From Heteronotia binoei (Eukaryota): a DNA stretch of 64,000 nt. Numbering within the stretch: position 1 is the first letter of the stretch; every line of letters begins with the position of its first letter. A program made the translations under genes and the position numbers. The stretch covers positions 49,104,001 through 49,168,000 of the forward strand of contig NC_083233.1 of assembly GCF_032191835.1 (NCBI RefSeq), written 5' to 3'. Positions 35,301 to 47,609 of this stretch are shown here, piece by piece. The notes under the pieces are model-generated. The model did no database searches, was not told where the DNA came from, and saw only the letters and a list, made by a program, of their open reading frames with translations.

Positions 35301-38300
35301 GGCAGTTTTGTGACCTTCCACTGGCTGAGGCTTTTCAGCTCCCAAATGGAATTGATACGATCCTTATTCCTGTTTCTCAGCTGCGTGTGCTTTTGTAAGC
35401 CTCTGCATGGTTATACTAGGCATGGCTGCATAACCATTCAGTGTGTCAGTAAGAGTTTATTAATCCCTAATCCCATTGTTCAGTTTGGCTTTATTAAAGC
35501 CAAACTGAACATTTGCGGACTTTATCTTTTGCTCATTTGTACATGAGGGTAGATCATTGATGAAGCAGACCGCATGATTGACAGCATGCACCAGGACTGG
35601 CTATCCCAGGTTGTGAAGGCTGTGTACAGACCTGATGAAGGCACTGGACCTTGTCAGCTGTTCAGGAGGGCAGCTCAGGAGCCTATCACAGCAGCCAGGT
35701 GAGTGAGGCAGCAGGGACTAGGACAGAGATGTAGAAAGGTGGTTAACTGACAGCCAGTGGAGGCAGAGGGGCAAAAGATTAGGGTGCCCCTGAAAAAGCA
35801 CAGGAGGCAGAGCAGTGGAGATAACAGCTCCTCATTCTTGGAGGTTCAGTCAGCCTCTTTTATGACTTAAGCTTTAAAACTTCCATGGTCAGCAGTTCCT
35901 GGTAAAGATTCAACACCTGTGCTAGTTCTAGGATGCCCCCATGAACAGGCTGGAACCTGAAGGCTGTCCTATGGATTGCAAACCCATGACATGCAGGCCC
36001 GGTGCTAGAGAAGTCTTTTTGGGTGCGGGGAGGGAGGCGTGGGGCAGCAGTGGCCATGGAAGGCGGTGGCAGGAAGTGTTTTCGGGGAGGCAGTGGCAGC
36101 TCATGGCACCCCTAGGCCAAGTGGCGCCCAAGGTGGCCGCCTACTTGGCCTACTCCCATGTGCCAGCCCTGCTGACATGTAGCTGCATTCCCAGAGAATG
36201 GAACAGGCCTGGTAAAAAGCTGAAGAGCTCCTTTGCAGGAAGTGAATGCCTTCTGTTTTTCAGAGCCTTCTTCCCTCAGTTCCCTCTGCAAAAGCTCCTC
36301 TTCTCAGCCACACTGAGCCGGGATCCAGAGAAGCTGCAGCAACTGGGCCTCTATAAGCCTTGCCTCTTTACTTCTGTCTACTCCAAGATGCAGCCCGATG
36401 GCACTGTAGCACAGCAGGAGACTGAGAAGAAATATACCCTCCCTGAGGGGCTCTCGGTAAGAAATGTGGCTTTTATCACCATAATGCGGATGATTGGCAC
36501 AAAGTCTGGCACCTCCTCTGTCCAAAGAAGTGGCAGTGCATTTGGGGAGAGCCCAAGTCTGCTTGCTTGAGGGGTGTGTGTGTGTGACATGCAACTTTCC
36601 AGCATTCACTTTTACAGAAAGGCAATGACCAAAGTCCAGAAGATGTAAACAGAGGTTAGTATTTCAGGCAGTTCCCTGAAATAATATAGGGCATGGGCCA
36701 GGCAAGAGCAAAAGCAGAGTGACTTGGCTTGGGAAGCTGTTCAGAAAACAAGGCAAATGAGTCAGCAAATGTTTGGCGGCTTCCTAGGCCAACTGATTAC
36801 ACCATCTGCATGCATTCAGTGTTCTGCGGTTATTTCCTAGGATGCTGGTTTTGTGATTGAGCCTCTGTGACTTACGGGTGGAGATCATGTCAGTGGAACA
36901 CATCAACAGTTTTTTGTGATGGATAGAATCATTTGCAGAGATAACAGCCAGGCCTGGTGCATCCATTAGGCTGCAGTAGGTGGCTGCCTGGAGTACCAAG
37001 CTGGGGAGAAAGTGCTGGTTTGGGCCCTCCCACCCTCCCTTGCTTCCAAGCGGGTGGGAATAGTCTGCTCGGAAGTGGCAGCGAGACTCCCGGTCTCAGT
37101 GTGTGTGTTGCCGCCGCCTGCCATTGTTCCGCCTCTAGGATCACAGACGCAAGAGGCATAACAACAGTGGGCAGCAGCAGTGCACACTCTGAGACCGGGA
37201 ACCTTGCTGCTGCCCTCGCTGGTGCTGATATTGGTGCATCAGCAGCACCTTGTCTGGGGTGCCGGCCTTGGGCCACCACTCTAGTGCCACTGCTGATAAC
37301 AGCCGTGAGTAATTTGTAATCTGGTAACTTGTACTTGAGATAATAAAACCTGAAGCCTTGGAGTGGAACACAAAATTCATATCATTGGTGGCAAAAATGC
37401 ACTGAGTGATTTTTTTAATGAGCTTTTGAAAATTAGATTCTTTTAAAGATACGCATGAATGCCATCCTGTTGAGGAGCATGAGCAATTTGGTCTGCTGAT
37501 GGTTTAATGCTTCTGATCCTATCAAGGAATATCAGCTTTGTGGGCAGTGGCTATTTGTTCTTGTTTTCTGCAGCAATATTACGTGCCCTGCAATCTGCGG
37601 TCCAAGCCACTGCTCCTTCTGCATTTTCTGCTGAGAATGAAATTCAGCCGAGTGCTGTGTTTCACCAACAGCAAAGAAACTTCCCACAGGTGAGTGCTGA
37701 GCTTGACACCGGGCTGGGCTGGCTTGAGTCTTGGCTAGCAAGCCAAAAGGTATATCTCTCTTTCCCTCACTTTCCCCAGGTTGTTCCTGCTTGTTCGAGC
37801 CTTTGGAGGAGTGAATGTGGCAGAATTCTCTTCCCGATTGAGTCCAGCAGAGAGAAAACAGGCCCTGAAGGGGTTTCAACAAGGGAAGGTCCAGCTGTGA
37901 GTAGCCACTGAAAGCTTGAGAGTGCAGCTGTTCCATGCAAACCTGCTGGACTGCCCATTGATTGCAGGGGGTGGGCAGGTTTGTTTTTATCCCGATCTAT
38001 TTCCAAGGAGTTGAACACAGCAGACATATTTAGATGCTCCAATCTCTACATCACATTGGCTCTCCAATTAACAATAGAATTGGAGAAGCTAGTGAAGTTG
38101 TGTTGCACCTTCCAGGTTTGCATTAGGAAGTTCCTGGTCTTTTGTCATTTCTAGAGAAACTTACATGAGCCTTGCCTCATTGCCTCTGTTTCTAAATATG
38201 AAAAGCCATTGTTGCTAATCTATGTCTAACCCCCTCCCCCTCTGTATATTAATGGTCAGACATGGTTGGAGGTGTCCTGACTTGGATAGCCCAGGAAAGC

Positions 38301-40068
38301 CTGATTATATCAGGGCTCAGAAAGCTAAGCAGGGTCGGCCCTGGGCAGTACTTGTTTGGGAGACCACCAAGGAAGTCCAGGGTCGCTGCACAGAAGCTGG
38401 CAATAGCAAACCACTTCTGAACATCGCTTGTCTTGCATACCCTATGGGAGTTGCCATAAGTTGGCAACCTGACAGCAAAAAATCTCTCTTCAGAATTACA
38501 ATATTAATAATAACGTGGTGGGAGAAAGTGCTGTCCAGTTACGGTTGACTTATGTTGACCCAGTAGGATTTTCAAGGCACAAGACATTGCGAGATGGTTT
38601 GCCATTGCTTGCCTCTGCATCACAACCCTGGTATTTCTTGGAGGTCTCCCATCCAAATATTGGCCAGGGCTGACCCTGCTTAGCTTTCGAGGTTTGACGG
38701 GATCAGGCAAGCCTGGGCTTTCCAGGTGAGTGATGATAATAGCACAAGCAGCACAAAAGTGAATTAATGGAACAGGAGGAAGGGCATCCGCTTGGCATGC
38801 AGAAGGTTCCGCGTCCAGTCCCCTGGTATCTCCAGGCAGTAGATGATGTGAAAAACCTCTGCCTGAGACCCTGGAGAGCCTCTGCCAGTGTGAGTAGACA
38901 GTGCTAACTATGATGTACCAATGGTCTGATAAGGCAGCTTCATGTGTTAATGTGAGATCCGGAGACTGGCAATCATAGCCAGATCTACTTTGTCCCTGTT
39001 TGGGCTGTGACAAGGTGAGCACTTAATACCTTTCCTTTCAAACAGTTTAATCAGCACGGATGCCACCGCTCGAGGAATTGACATCAGAGGAGTGAAGTGT
39101 GTCATCAGCTATGATGCCCCTCAGTTTATCAGAAGCTATGTTCACCGGTAATGTCTCCCAAGAAAACAGTTTCTTTCCTCCCCACCCTCCCAAAGATTTG
39201 GATTCATTTGTTTCTGAGAGCTTGAAGTCTGAACCGGGCTGCTGGTGAAATGGGCTGTTCTTCTGCTGTCTTCTTTCAGGGTGGGTAGAACAGCTCGTGC
39301 TGGAAGAGCCGGCCTGGCCTTCACCATGCTGCTGAAAGTGCAGGTATGTTGTCTGCTGGCTTCTGGTTTCTTCCCAAAATTTGCGTCTGCTATGAACTGT
39401 GTTGGTTGCAGAGGTAAGTTGCTTGCTCTGCTTCCTGGAAGAGTTTCAAGCCTTGGGGTAGCAACAGCCCTGAAAAGGAAGCCTTCAGGGTCTGGGGTGG
39501 GTGGGACTGAAGCTGTGCTGTCTGGATGCTTTGCTCAATTGCAGGGCTATTTCTAAGAGTCCTTTTGTTTCTTGGGAAGGGGGGTTGGCTGACTGGCTCT
39601 CATTGTCTAGGAACGCAAATTCCTGAAGATGCTGAAAGAAGCTGGCCTTCCTGAGTTGGAACAGCAGCTAGTGAAAAGCGAGAGCCTCAAGCCTCTCCTC
39701 CAGCAGTATGAGGAAGCCCTGGCTGAACTCCAGAAAGTTGTCAAGGTACCACTGGCTTATGGGAGGGGACCTCAACTGTAGACAAAAGTAGGAATCTTTC
39801 ATTTGGAAGTCACTAGCAGCGGAAGAAGCAGCCAGGCATAGCTGACAGCTAAGAGGCCAGACCTCAAGACCACTGTATCAGGGGCAACCTTAGCAATTTT
39901 AGAGAGCACCAGGCCTGCATTGATTGAGTGTGGTGTATTTACACTCATGGGCAGAAGAATGGGCTGAGGGACAGTCTAACAATCAACTTACTGAGGCTCT
40001 CTGAGAACATTAGCCAGGCATGATTTTCTTTGTCTCAACAGGAGGAGCAAGTTATGAAGCGATTCTGA
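26157..40068 (+). CDS. DDX51: ATP-dependent DEAD-box RNA helicase DDX51, 16 exons, 688 aa
   Basis: join(26157-26179,28141-28505,29132-29325,29742-29892,30529-30674,31899-31970,33706-33812,34334-34442,35553-35698,36264-36456,37574-37689,37780-37896,39046-39147,39280-39343,39611-39745,40042-40068) = 2067 nt, open frame. MALFLVQRY start; motifs [46 protein letters not shown]. Confidence 0.96.
26860..27340 (+). mobile_element. Degraded L2-clade LINE fragment
   Basis: Decayed match to the LDYC...LHWLP region seen intact at 63442-63966. Other decayed L2 pieces at about 30880-31040, 32235-32700, 34680-35000 and 46330-46840. Confidence 0.6.
38283..38477 (+). mobile_element. 5S rRNA-derived SINE
   Basis: Head resembles 5S rRNA (agctaagcagggtcggccctgg...gggagacc), followed by a Sauria/BovB-like tail (ggcaatagcaaaccac). 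Third copy at about 45440-45625. Confidence 0.75.
38528..38725 (-). mobile_element. 5S rRNA-derived SINE, inverted relative to the copy at 38283
   Basis: Reverse complement reads gcctgatcccgtc...agctaagcagggtc...ttggatgggagacc plus tail; A-box and C-box-like elements retained. Confidence 0.75.
38775..38950 (+). mobile_element. tRNA-derived SINE (Squam2-like)
   Basis: gcttggcatgcagaaggtt...cctctgcctgagaccctggagagc...ataaggcagcttcatgtgtt; family assignment from memory. Confidence 0.55.
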
Positions 40069-40575
40069 ACAGCCAAGGGAATGGAACAGGTGCTGGTACA
40101 GAAAGCAAGGAGTGTAACATTTGAAAGCAGATACCATTACTAACTCCAAGAGAATGGGGAAGTGAAAGAGGAATGTCCATCTGAAACTTGTGCAGAGCGA
40201 GATGCCAGCCTCCCTTTGTTCTTAGAAGAACAGCAGAACATTTTTAGAGGAAAGGCTCTTTCCCAGTGGGGCTTTAACCCAACCTGAAAAGGCAGAGAGT
40301 CTCCAGTCTCTTCCTGGGAGTAGTCTGACTCCTGTTCAGCCTTCCTGACAGAGTGGTTCACCTTCATTGCCTTGTCGTCTTATCATGGTCTCTTATGGTT
40401 CAATTGTGCTTCCAGCGGTGACTACTGGTGCTCCACGTGAAATGCACTTTCAGTGGGAGAAATAGTATTTAAATTAAAATGGCTTTGTTTCTTGGTATGA
40501 GCAAGATTTTTCCTTGGAGAATTTGTGTTTGTGAGCAAGATGATTAATGGGTGTACTTGGAACAAACTTGGGAGC

Positions 40576-40581
40576 AATAAA
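40576..40581 (+). terminator. Candidate DDX51 poly(A) signal
   Basis: AATAAA about 510 nt after the stop codon. Confidence 0.5.
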
Positions 40582-41807
40582 ATGTTGCAAAACTGCCCAA
40601 ACACAGTATTTCCAGATGCAGTTAGTATACAGGTGGCCATGCCCCATTTAGTGAGACTGAATTACAGGTGTAAATTTCACAATGTATGAAAAAGTACTTT
40701 TTTTCCCCATCTACTGCCAATCACCTTCCTTGTATGATTTGACTTTTGATAATATTAAGGATATTCTCCCCTTTTCTCCTCTCTACCTAATTTTATAAAG
40801 GTAAAGGTGCAAGCACCAATTGTATCCGACTCTGGGGTGACATCGCATCGCAGCATTTTCATGGCAGACTTTTTACGTGTTGGTTTGCCATTGCCTTCCC
40901 CAGCCATCTACACTTTCCCCCAAGCAGTAAGACACCTTGAGCAGAACTCTGGACAGGCAGTATAAAAACTTCCTAAGTCCATAGTTCTTTTTATTGTGGA
41001 GCTATAAAGGAAAAGGCATATCTCCACAATGAAAAGGGGTAAGTCATTTTTTAAAAATGAAAGCTAAGAATTCAGAGAACCTGATAAGCATGGCTTTTTA
41101 GGGCACACTCCACTGATGTAGCCAATGTTCCAAGAGCTGACAGGGCTCTTTTTACAGGGCCTACTGTAAGCTCTTGGAGGATTGGCTACATCAGGGGTGT
41201 GTGGCCTAATGTACAAAGGAGTTCTTGCTACAAAAAAGCCCTGCTGATTAGACTCATAACATTATGATAGTATTTAAATTGCCAGTTTAAAAACCTGAAA
41301 AGCTTCTCCCTGGTAGTGTAGGGGATCGGGGAATAGAAAAAGATATCATTTGTGCAACTCCAGATTCTCTGGATTCTGTGAAGTCTGAGGAAGGCACTAG
41401 AGAAACTAACCAACTGCAACATAATCTCAGTTTTCTAGTGCAAATCTAGTTGTGGGGCTGCTGGAAGGACCTGATTACTGTCATGGGACCCACGAACAGC
41501 CCTGCTGTCTTTCCTGCAGGCTTGGAGTTGCTTTGCCCTTTGCTTAAAGAGCCACCACCCTTCCTCATTTGGCAGAAACCCAAGCTTCTCTGTGAAATTT
41601 CACCACTACAATCCCTAGGAAAACGAGCTTCACATGATTGTTGATGGGGGGAGGTGGAAGAAGAGAATAGAGTCCAAGGTTCATGATTGGTCCGAAGCAA
41701 CAGTAGTTGGGCTGGCCAAGTTACAGGAGGTGCTGCAGAGACCAGTGTCCTGGACTTTAGAAAGCTTTTCTCATCTTTGCTTGCTTTTTGCTCCTGTACC
41801 TGTTGCA

Positions 41808-44800
41808 ATGAGCCTGGAGCTTTACTTGGATCTAATCTCTCAGCCTTGCCGATCTGTCTACATCTTTGCCAAGAAAAATGGCATTCCTTTTGAGTTCAAG
41901 CGTGTGCTGTTATTCAAAGGTAAGAGAAGGAGCTGGATTCACAGACTAGACATAGGGAGTGTCTTGTTTTGCACAGTCAGTAACCCTTGATTTTAACCAA
42001 CCAAGCAATCACACCCTTGGTGGAAACATGGCTGGGGTGGGAATCTTCCAAACCAGGTGTGAGTTTCATTAATCTACGTTAAAGATTTTGCATATATTCA
42101 GAACTAATTAACATTGATTTGAGGAAGAAATTCCCTTTCTGTGTATATTTGACCATGGTGGGGGATTGAAATGGAATTTAACCCTGGTCAGCAAACAAAC
42201 ATCTTCAAGGGCAACTGAGAGCCGCGATAAGCCATTTATTCATTTCATTGATGCATGTGGTTTGGATTATGAGAGCTGGTCTGTATGGTCCTTCCCACAC
42301 TGTGGGTGGTCTTGTTCGGCTGGGTGGTCTTTGCTTTTTTCTCCAGTCAATGCTATAATCAGATGATCTTTATTTCTAAAATATTATGCAGTGGTGAGTT
42401 CAATCTGACAATGAGAAAATAATCAAATTTCTCCTCTTTTTTGTATATACATATATGATATACATATGTATATGAAAAGAGCCCCATGGCACAGAGTGGT
42501 AAAGCTGCAGTACTGCAGTCCTTAGCTCTGCTCACGACCTGAGTTCGATCCCGGCGGAAGCTGGGTTCAGGTAGCTGGCTCAAGGTTGACTCAGCCTTCC
42601 ATCCTTCCGAGGTTGGTAAAATTGAGTACCCAGCTTGCTGGGGGGGGGGGGAGTGTAGATGACTGGGGAAGGCAATGGCAAACCATCCTGTAAAAAAAAG
42701 TCTGCCATGAAAACAGCGTCAACCCAGAGTTGGAAACGACTGGTGCCTGCACAGGGGACTACCTTTACCTTTTTTATATGATATAAGCTAAGTTGTGTGT
42801 GCATTTCCTGCAGTCTCTTACAAATTCCCAGAAAATGCATACATCTGCTATTCTATGGCATGTTAAGAGCATTTGGCAATACGTGTTGATGCTGATGGGC
42901 ATGCACAATAGTGTGTGCACCAAAACACACACACACAAAACCAACGGCTTGCATCTGGCAATTGTGTATGTGATTCTATCCCTAGGCCCTTGCTTGTTCC
43001 TCAATACCTCTGTTACAGTATTGAGTGAATGATAAGAGCTGGCTTAGGGAAAATTACAGGCAAACATATGCACAAAATCCAAGTGTACCCAATGAAGCTG
43101 GGAGCACAGAACTGGATGCTATATAACAGGAGTGGCCAAACTTGATAGTATAGTTTAATACGGTCAAAGACCAATCAGATAGAATATACATTCTAGATAA
43201 AAACGTGCTTTCACTTGCTTAACATAAGAGTCACACAGAATAAACATCAGATATTTTAGAGCCACAAGACATGAATGTCAGATGTTTTAGAGCTGGGAGA
43301 GAGGGAAGCAAATGGGGAGAAGTGGAAAGAGCAACTTTAAATGCAATCTCTATGCCACTGGCAGTCTTGGCTTGGTGAAGACATTTAAAGAGGGAAATGT
43401 CCCAAGCAGGCTGATGGGACAGTGGGGGCCTCAAGAGCCACACAATATGTGTGAAAGAGCCACATGTGGCGCCCAAGCCACAGTTTGGCCATACCTGCTA
43501 TATAAGCTGTATGAGCAAGCCAGCATCTATCTTTTGGCACTGTTCGTTGCTGAGCAGCAACTGTTGACTCCTCTTGTAAACCTACCTAGGGCAACACAAG
43601 GCTGAAGAGTTTGGCAAGGTGAACATCCTCAGGAAAGTGCCAGCTCTGAAAGATGGTGACTTCACCTTGGCAGAGAGGTAAGGGCTGTGTGCCATTGCAG
43701 GGTTCCAGGAATGGAGACCATATAACTCCTGCTAAACTTTTGCAGTGTCTGCAGCAGGGACTTGAGCTTTTTAAGCCTGTGGACACTTCTGGAGGTTGGA
43801 AAAAGGGCAGTGGGGGCACCACTAGAAAATGGCAGTGGCAGGAAGTAGGCCCAGTCAAAATGTCTACCACAGGGAGCAAGCAGAAAGGCTTTTGGAGCAA
43901 GGCTTCCTCCTATGGAAGAGGGTGGTGGTATTTTTAATGTGGTGCTCCCATAGACCCCAAAGATGATGCCTTTTGAAGCACCCCCTTCTCTATTGTGGTA
44001 GAAGAAAGCTAGGACTAGCTTTTTTGCTTTGGAGAAGAAGCAAGTGGTTGCCAGGACACAAACTGACATGGTGCTTTCAGGCACTCCAGGTTCTCAGAAC
44101 TGCAGAAATCTGTTTTCTCCTTTTTTTGAATTTTAATCCATTCAACGTTCTTATAATTGCAGAAAGAGGTGTTGCTGTATATTTTCCAAAGGTTGATAGA
44201 AAGGAAGCAGTTTTTAAACACAGGTTTCTCTTGCAAATTCACCTCTCTACTTTTAGTGTGCTAGTGGTAGCACTACAAAATAGGTGGAACCAGCTATGCC
44301 TGAGTAAACTGTACACTTGTGCAAACTTAGCTACTAATTAAATCATTGCATCTGTTGCCTCAGGCTCCTTCTAGATTGACAGTGGGGGCCCTCTGGGATC
44401 CTTCAAGCTTTTCTAGATGGTAGTTTATAGAAACTGGCCAGTGCTACACTCTCGAGGCAGAATCCCCAAGATCCTCAGGGTGTGCAGAATCCCTCTTGTT
44501 TTCTGGTGCATCAATCTGCTGCTATTTTATTTTTTCCCACAACTTACTTGCTTCCCCTACCCCCTTTCCTTCCCTTGAACAGCATTGCTATCCTTTTGTA
44601 CCTAACAAGGAAATTCAAAACCCCAGATCACTGGTACCCCTCTGATCTGCAGAAACGAGCCCGTGTGGATGAGTATTTGTCTTGGCAGCACATGGCCATT
44701 CGTTTGTGTGGAACCAAAGTGTTCCTGATCAAGGTAAGGATGTTCCTGATCAAGGTAATGAACACCAAAGACGTTCCTGATCAAGATAATGCAAGTCCTC

Positions 44801-47609
44801 TTTCTCCCGCTCCTGCTGTGTAAGGAGCACAGGGCCAAATTGGAGGAGTGTTTGCAATTCCAAGAAGTTCAGTGGCTGTTTTAAGAGTTAAATAAGTAAA
44901 ATGGTGCTTCTTCACACCAAACTAGAGCAAAGAGCTCATCACAGTGGAATGTCAAAGACCCTGGATTCAAGGCACAGTCTACTTAAGCAGCATCGTGTGG
45001 GATTTTGCCTGTACTATTTGGGCTCACAAAGTGCAGTGAAAAAAACATTCTCCCTATGCTTTAAAAACATTATCTCATACTCTTCCTGACATCAGTGAAC
45101 AGCTTATTCACCAGAGAAGAGCACATCCCTAGACAGGAAGCAGTGAGGAGGGCAGACTGGGAAATGTTTGGAGACTCCATTGCAGACAGCCACAGTGCTT
45201 GGGTTGAGATCCCAAAGTTCATATGGCCTGAAATAATCAGCCTTAATAACCCAGCTCCTACACTGCTGTTATAACCGATCTCCAGGTGACAGACTTCAGT
45301 TCACCAGGAGAAAATGGCTTCTTTGGAAGACAGGCTCTATGGCATTATGGCTCATTGAAGTCCCTCCCCTCCCCAAACCTCACTCTTCTCAGTCTATGCC
45401 CCCTGTATCTCCAGGTATTTCCCATCTTGGAGTTGCCAACCCTACCAATATTATCGGAGCTTGGAAGTTAAGCAGGGTTGGCCATGGTTAGTGCTTGGAT
45501 GGGAAACCACCAAGGAAGACACCAGTTGTTATGCAGAGGAAGGCAACGGAAACCACCTCTGCTCATGTCTTGAGCGGAAGGCCCCATTGTCCTGGGGTTG
45601 CCATTAGTCAATTGTAACTTGATGACATTATTATTCATTATAATCTGAAAAAGAAAGCTGAATAAAAAACAAGGGTCTGGCTAACTCAGAGTAGGACCCC
45701 CTCCTTTCTTCAGCAAGAGGAGAATAGGGCAGGAATAAATGGCCAAGCATGTGAAACTGGCTGTCCCCTTTCCCCTTCTAGGGATGCCAGCTTCCAGATA
45801 GGACCTGAGGGTCCCCTGGAATTACAGCTCATCTCCAGACTATAGAGATCAGTTCCTCTTGAGAAAATTGGTGTTTTGCATTTCACCCCACTGATGTCCC
45901 TGTCCTCCCCAGGCTCCATCCCCAAGTCTCCAGAAGTTTCCCAACCCAGATCTGGCCACTCTACCCCCCCCCCCCCCCCGCATCCCCCACCAGTGCCCAG
46001 GGAGGACCTGGCAACCCTACTCTGTTCTTGTACCCCCCCTGGTTGCTGCAGTGTGAGCATGGTAACAGCAGCACCTAGGAAGGCACCAGTTTTTAATTTC
46101 TCTCTTCCCCCTCCTCTCTTGGCTAGGCTTTAGCACCCATTTTTTTGGATGAGCCACTTCCACCTGCCAAGTTAAATGGTGCTCTTGAAGATCTGAATGG
46201 AGTTCTAAAGCAGTTTGAAGAGAAATTCCTCCAGGACAGGCCGTTCATCGTAGGCAATGAGATGTCTTTGGCAGACCTGGTGGCCATTGTGGAACTCATG
46301 CAGGTGAGTGCTTCAGTGTCTGATGACACAAAACATTCTGGATGCCCCTGGCAAGTAAGTGTATGTCCCTAGGAGGGCATTGCTCTCTCGGGACAGTAAC
46401 CTTTTGGTGGTCCCTGGCCCCAAAGATCTCTGGCTCTCCTTGACGTGCGCCAGGGCCTTCTTGGTCCTGATCCCAACCTGATGGAATTCTCTGCCAATTT
46501 CCATCAGGGCCCTGAAGGATCTTATGCAATTCCTCAGGGCCTGTAAAGCAGAGATGTTCCACCAGGCCTTCAATCGGGAACAGTGATGGTTTCATCTCGA
46601 ACTAGCACCCTGTTTGTTTGCTTTGGCTTGCTCACCCCCTCTCCTCTGCCCACAGGGTAGCTGGCAGTCTGTAAGTTGACTAGATATATTATTTGCCATC
46701 TGTTTTTATATTGTTCTAATCTCTTGTATGCTTTTAATTATGTTTTTTTATTATAATTATTTTACTGTAATTATTTTTGAATATGTTGAATATGCTACGG
46801 CAGGGATTGGGCGATGCATACATTTAATAAATCAAATTAAGCAAATAAGCCCCTCACAGAGTTGCAGCAAAGAAGCTCTGCAGTCTAGGGAGGGAGGGGA
46901 TGTCTGTTTTCACTTCTTTGTGGGTCCTCCTCTCTTCAAATTTGAATAAACACTACATTAAGAAGGAAGGTGAGAAAAGATTAACAAACAAAAATACAAA
47001 GGTTTCAGTGGATTCAGCGGGATTTATTTCCTTATTCTTTACTCCATCTCAGGACGGCAAATCAGAGACAGAGAGATGCTTATTAGAGAAGGAAACCATC
47101 AGTGTGCTAAAGGAGAAAATGTTGTCTAGGAATCCAGACTCTCTTATTTTATAACTCTTTTCTTAACTGGAAGACATAGAAATTGCACTTTTGAGATACA
47201 AAATTATTTTCTATGATTTCAAGCAAACAAATTATTAAAGTAGGAATCCAAAAATCACTCAGACAGTTCCATCTGTTGTTGAGGGCCTGAGAGATGTTAG
47301 CCTGAACAAGCAGGCAACTTGAAGTCACTGAAGTCAGAGACTGTCCTTCAAACTGGTCTTATTTACCTGCTAACCTTATTTACCTGCTAACCCACTTTCT
47401 CGCTGCAGCCTGTAGGAAGTGGTTGTGATGTCTTTGAAGGAAGGCCCAAGATGGCAGCATGGCGCCACCGAGTAGAAGAAGCCATTGGCAAGGACCTTTT
47501 CCTGGAAGCCCACGAGCCACTCTTAAAGCCCAAGGATGTGACTGCAGAGAATCTCCCTCCTGAAGTAAAGGAGCAGCTGAAGCAAAATCTGCTAAAGTAT
47601 CTGAAATGA
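41808..47609 (+). CDS. Glutathione S-transferase theta (GSTT1-like, copy A), 5 exons, 242 aa
   Basis: join(41808-41919,43590-43677,44583-44733,46127-46303,47409-47609) = 112+88+151+177+201 nt, the canonical theta-class exon sizes. LYLDLISQPCR with catalytic Ser11, KVPALKDG, ESIAIL, SLADL; AATAAA at 47634-39. Confidence 0.95.
42480..42775 (+). mobile_element. Sauria SINE, near full length
   Basis: tRNA-like head (gcacagagtggtaaagctgcagtac...gagttcgatcc), body ggttgactcagccttccatcc, tail gggaaggcaatggcaaacc...tacctttaccttt. A 3' fragment on - lies at about 40797-40925. Confidence 0.8.
43127..43497. mobile_element. hAT-type MITE
   Basis: TIRs CAGGAGTGGCCAAAC / GTTTGGCCATACCTG; perfect 8-bp TSD CTATATAA. 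A related inverted copy lies at about 47931-48266. Confidence 0.85.

Noticed and set aside
38283-38380. 5S rRNA gene
   Set aside because: Too divergent and fused to a retroposon tail, so it is a SINE.
42480-42560. tRNA-like sequence
   Set aside because: It is the head of a Sauria SINE and continues into SINE body and tail; no proper cloverleaf.
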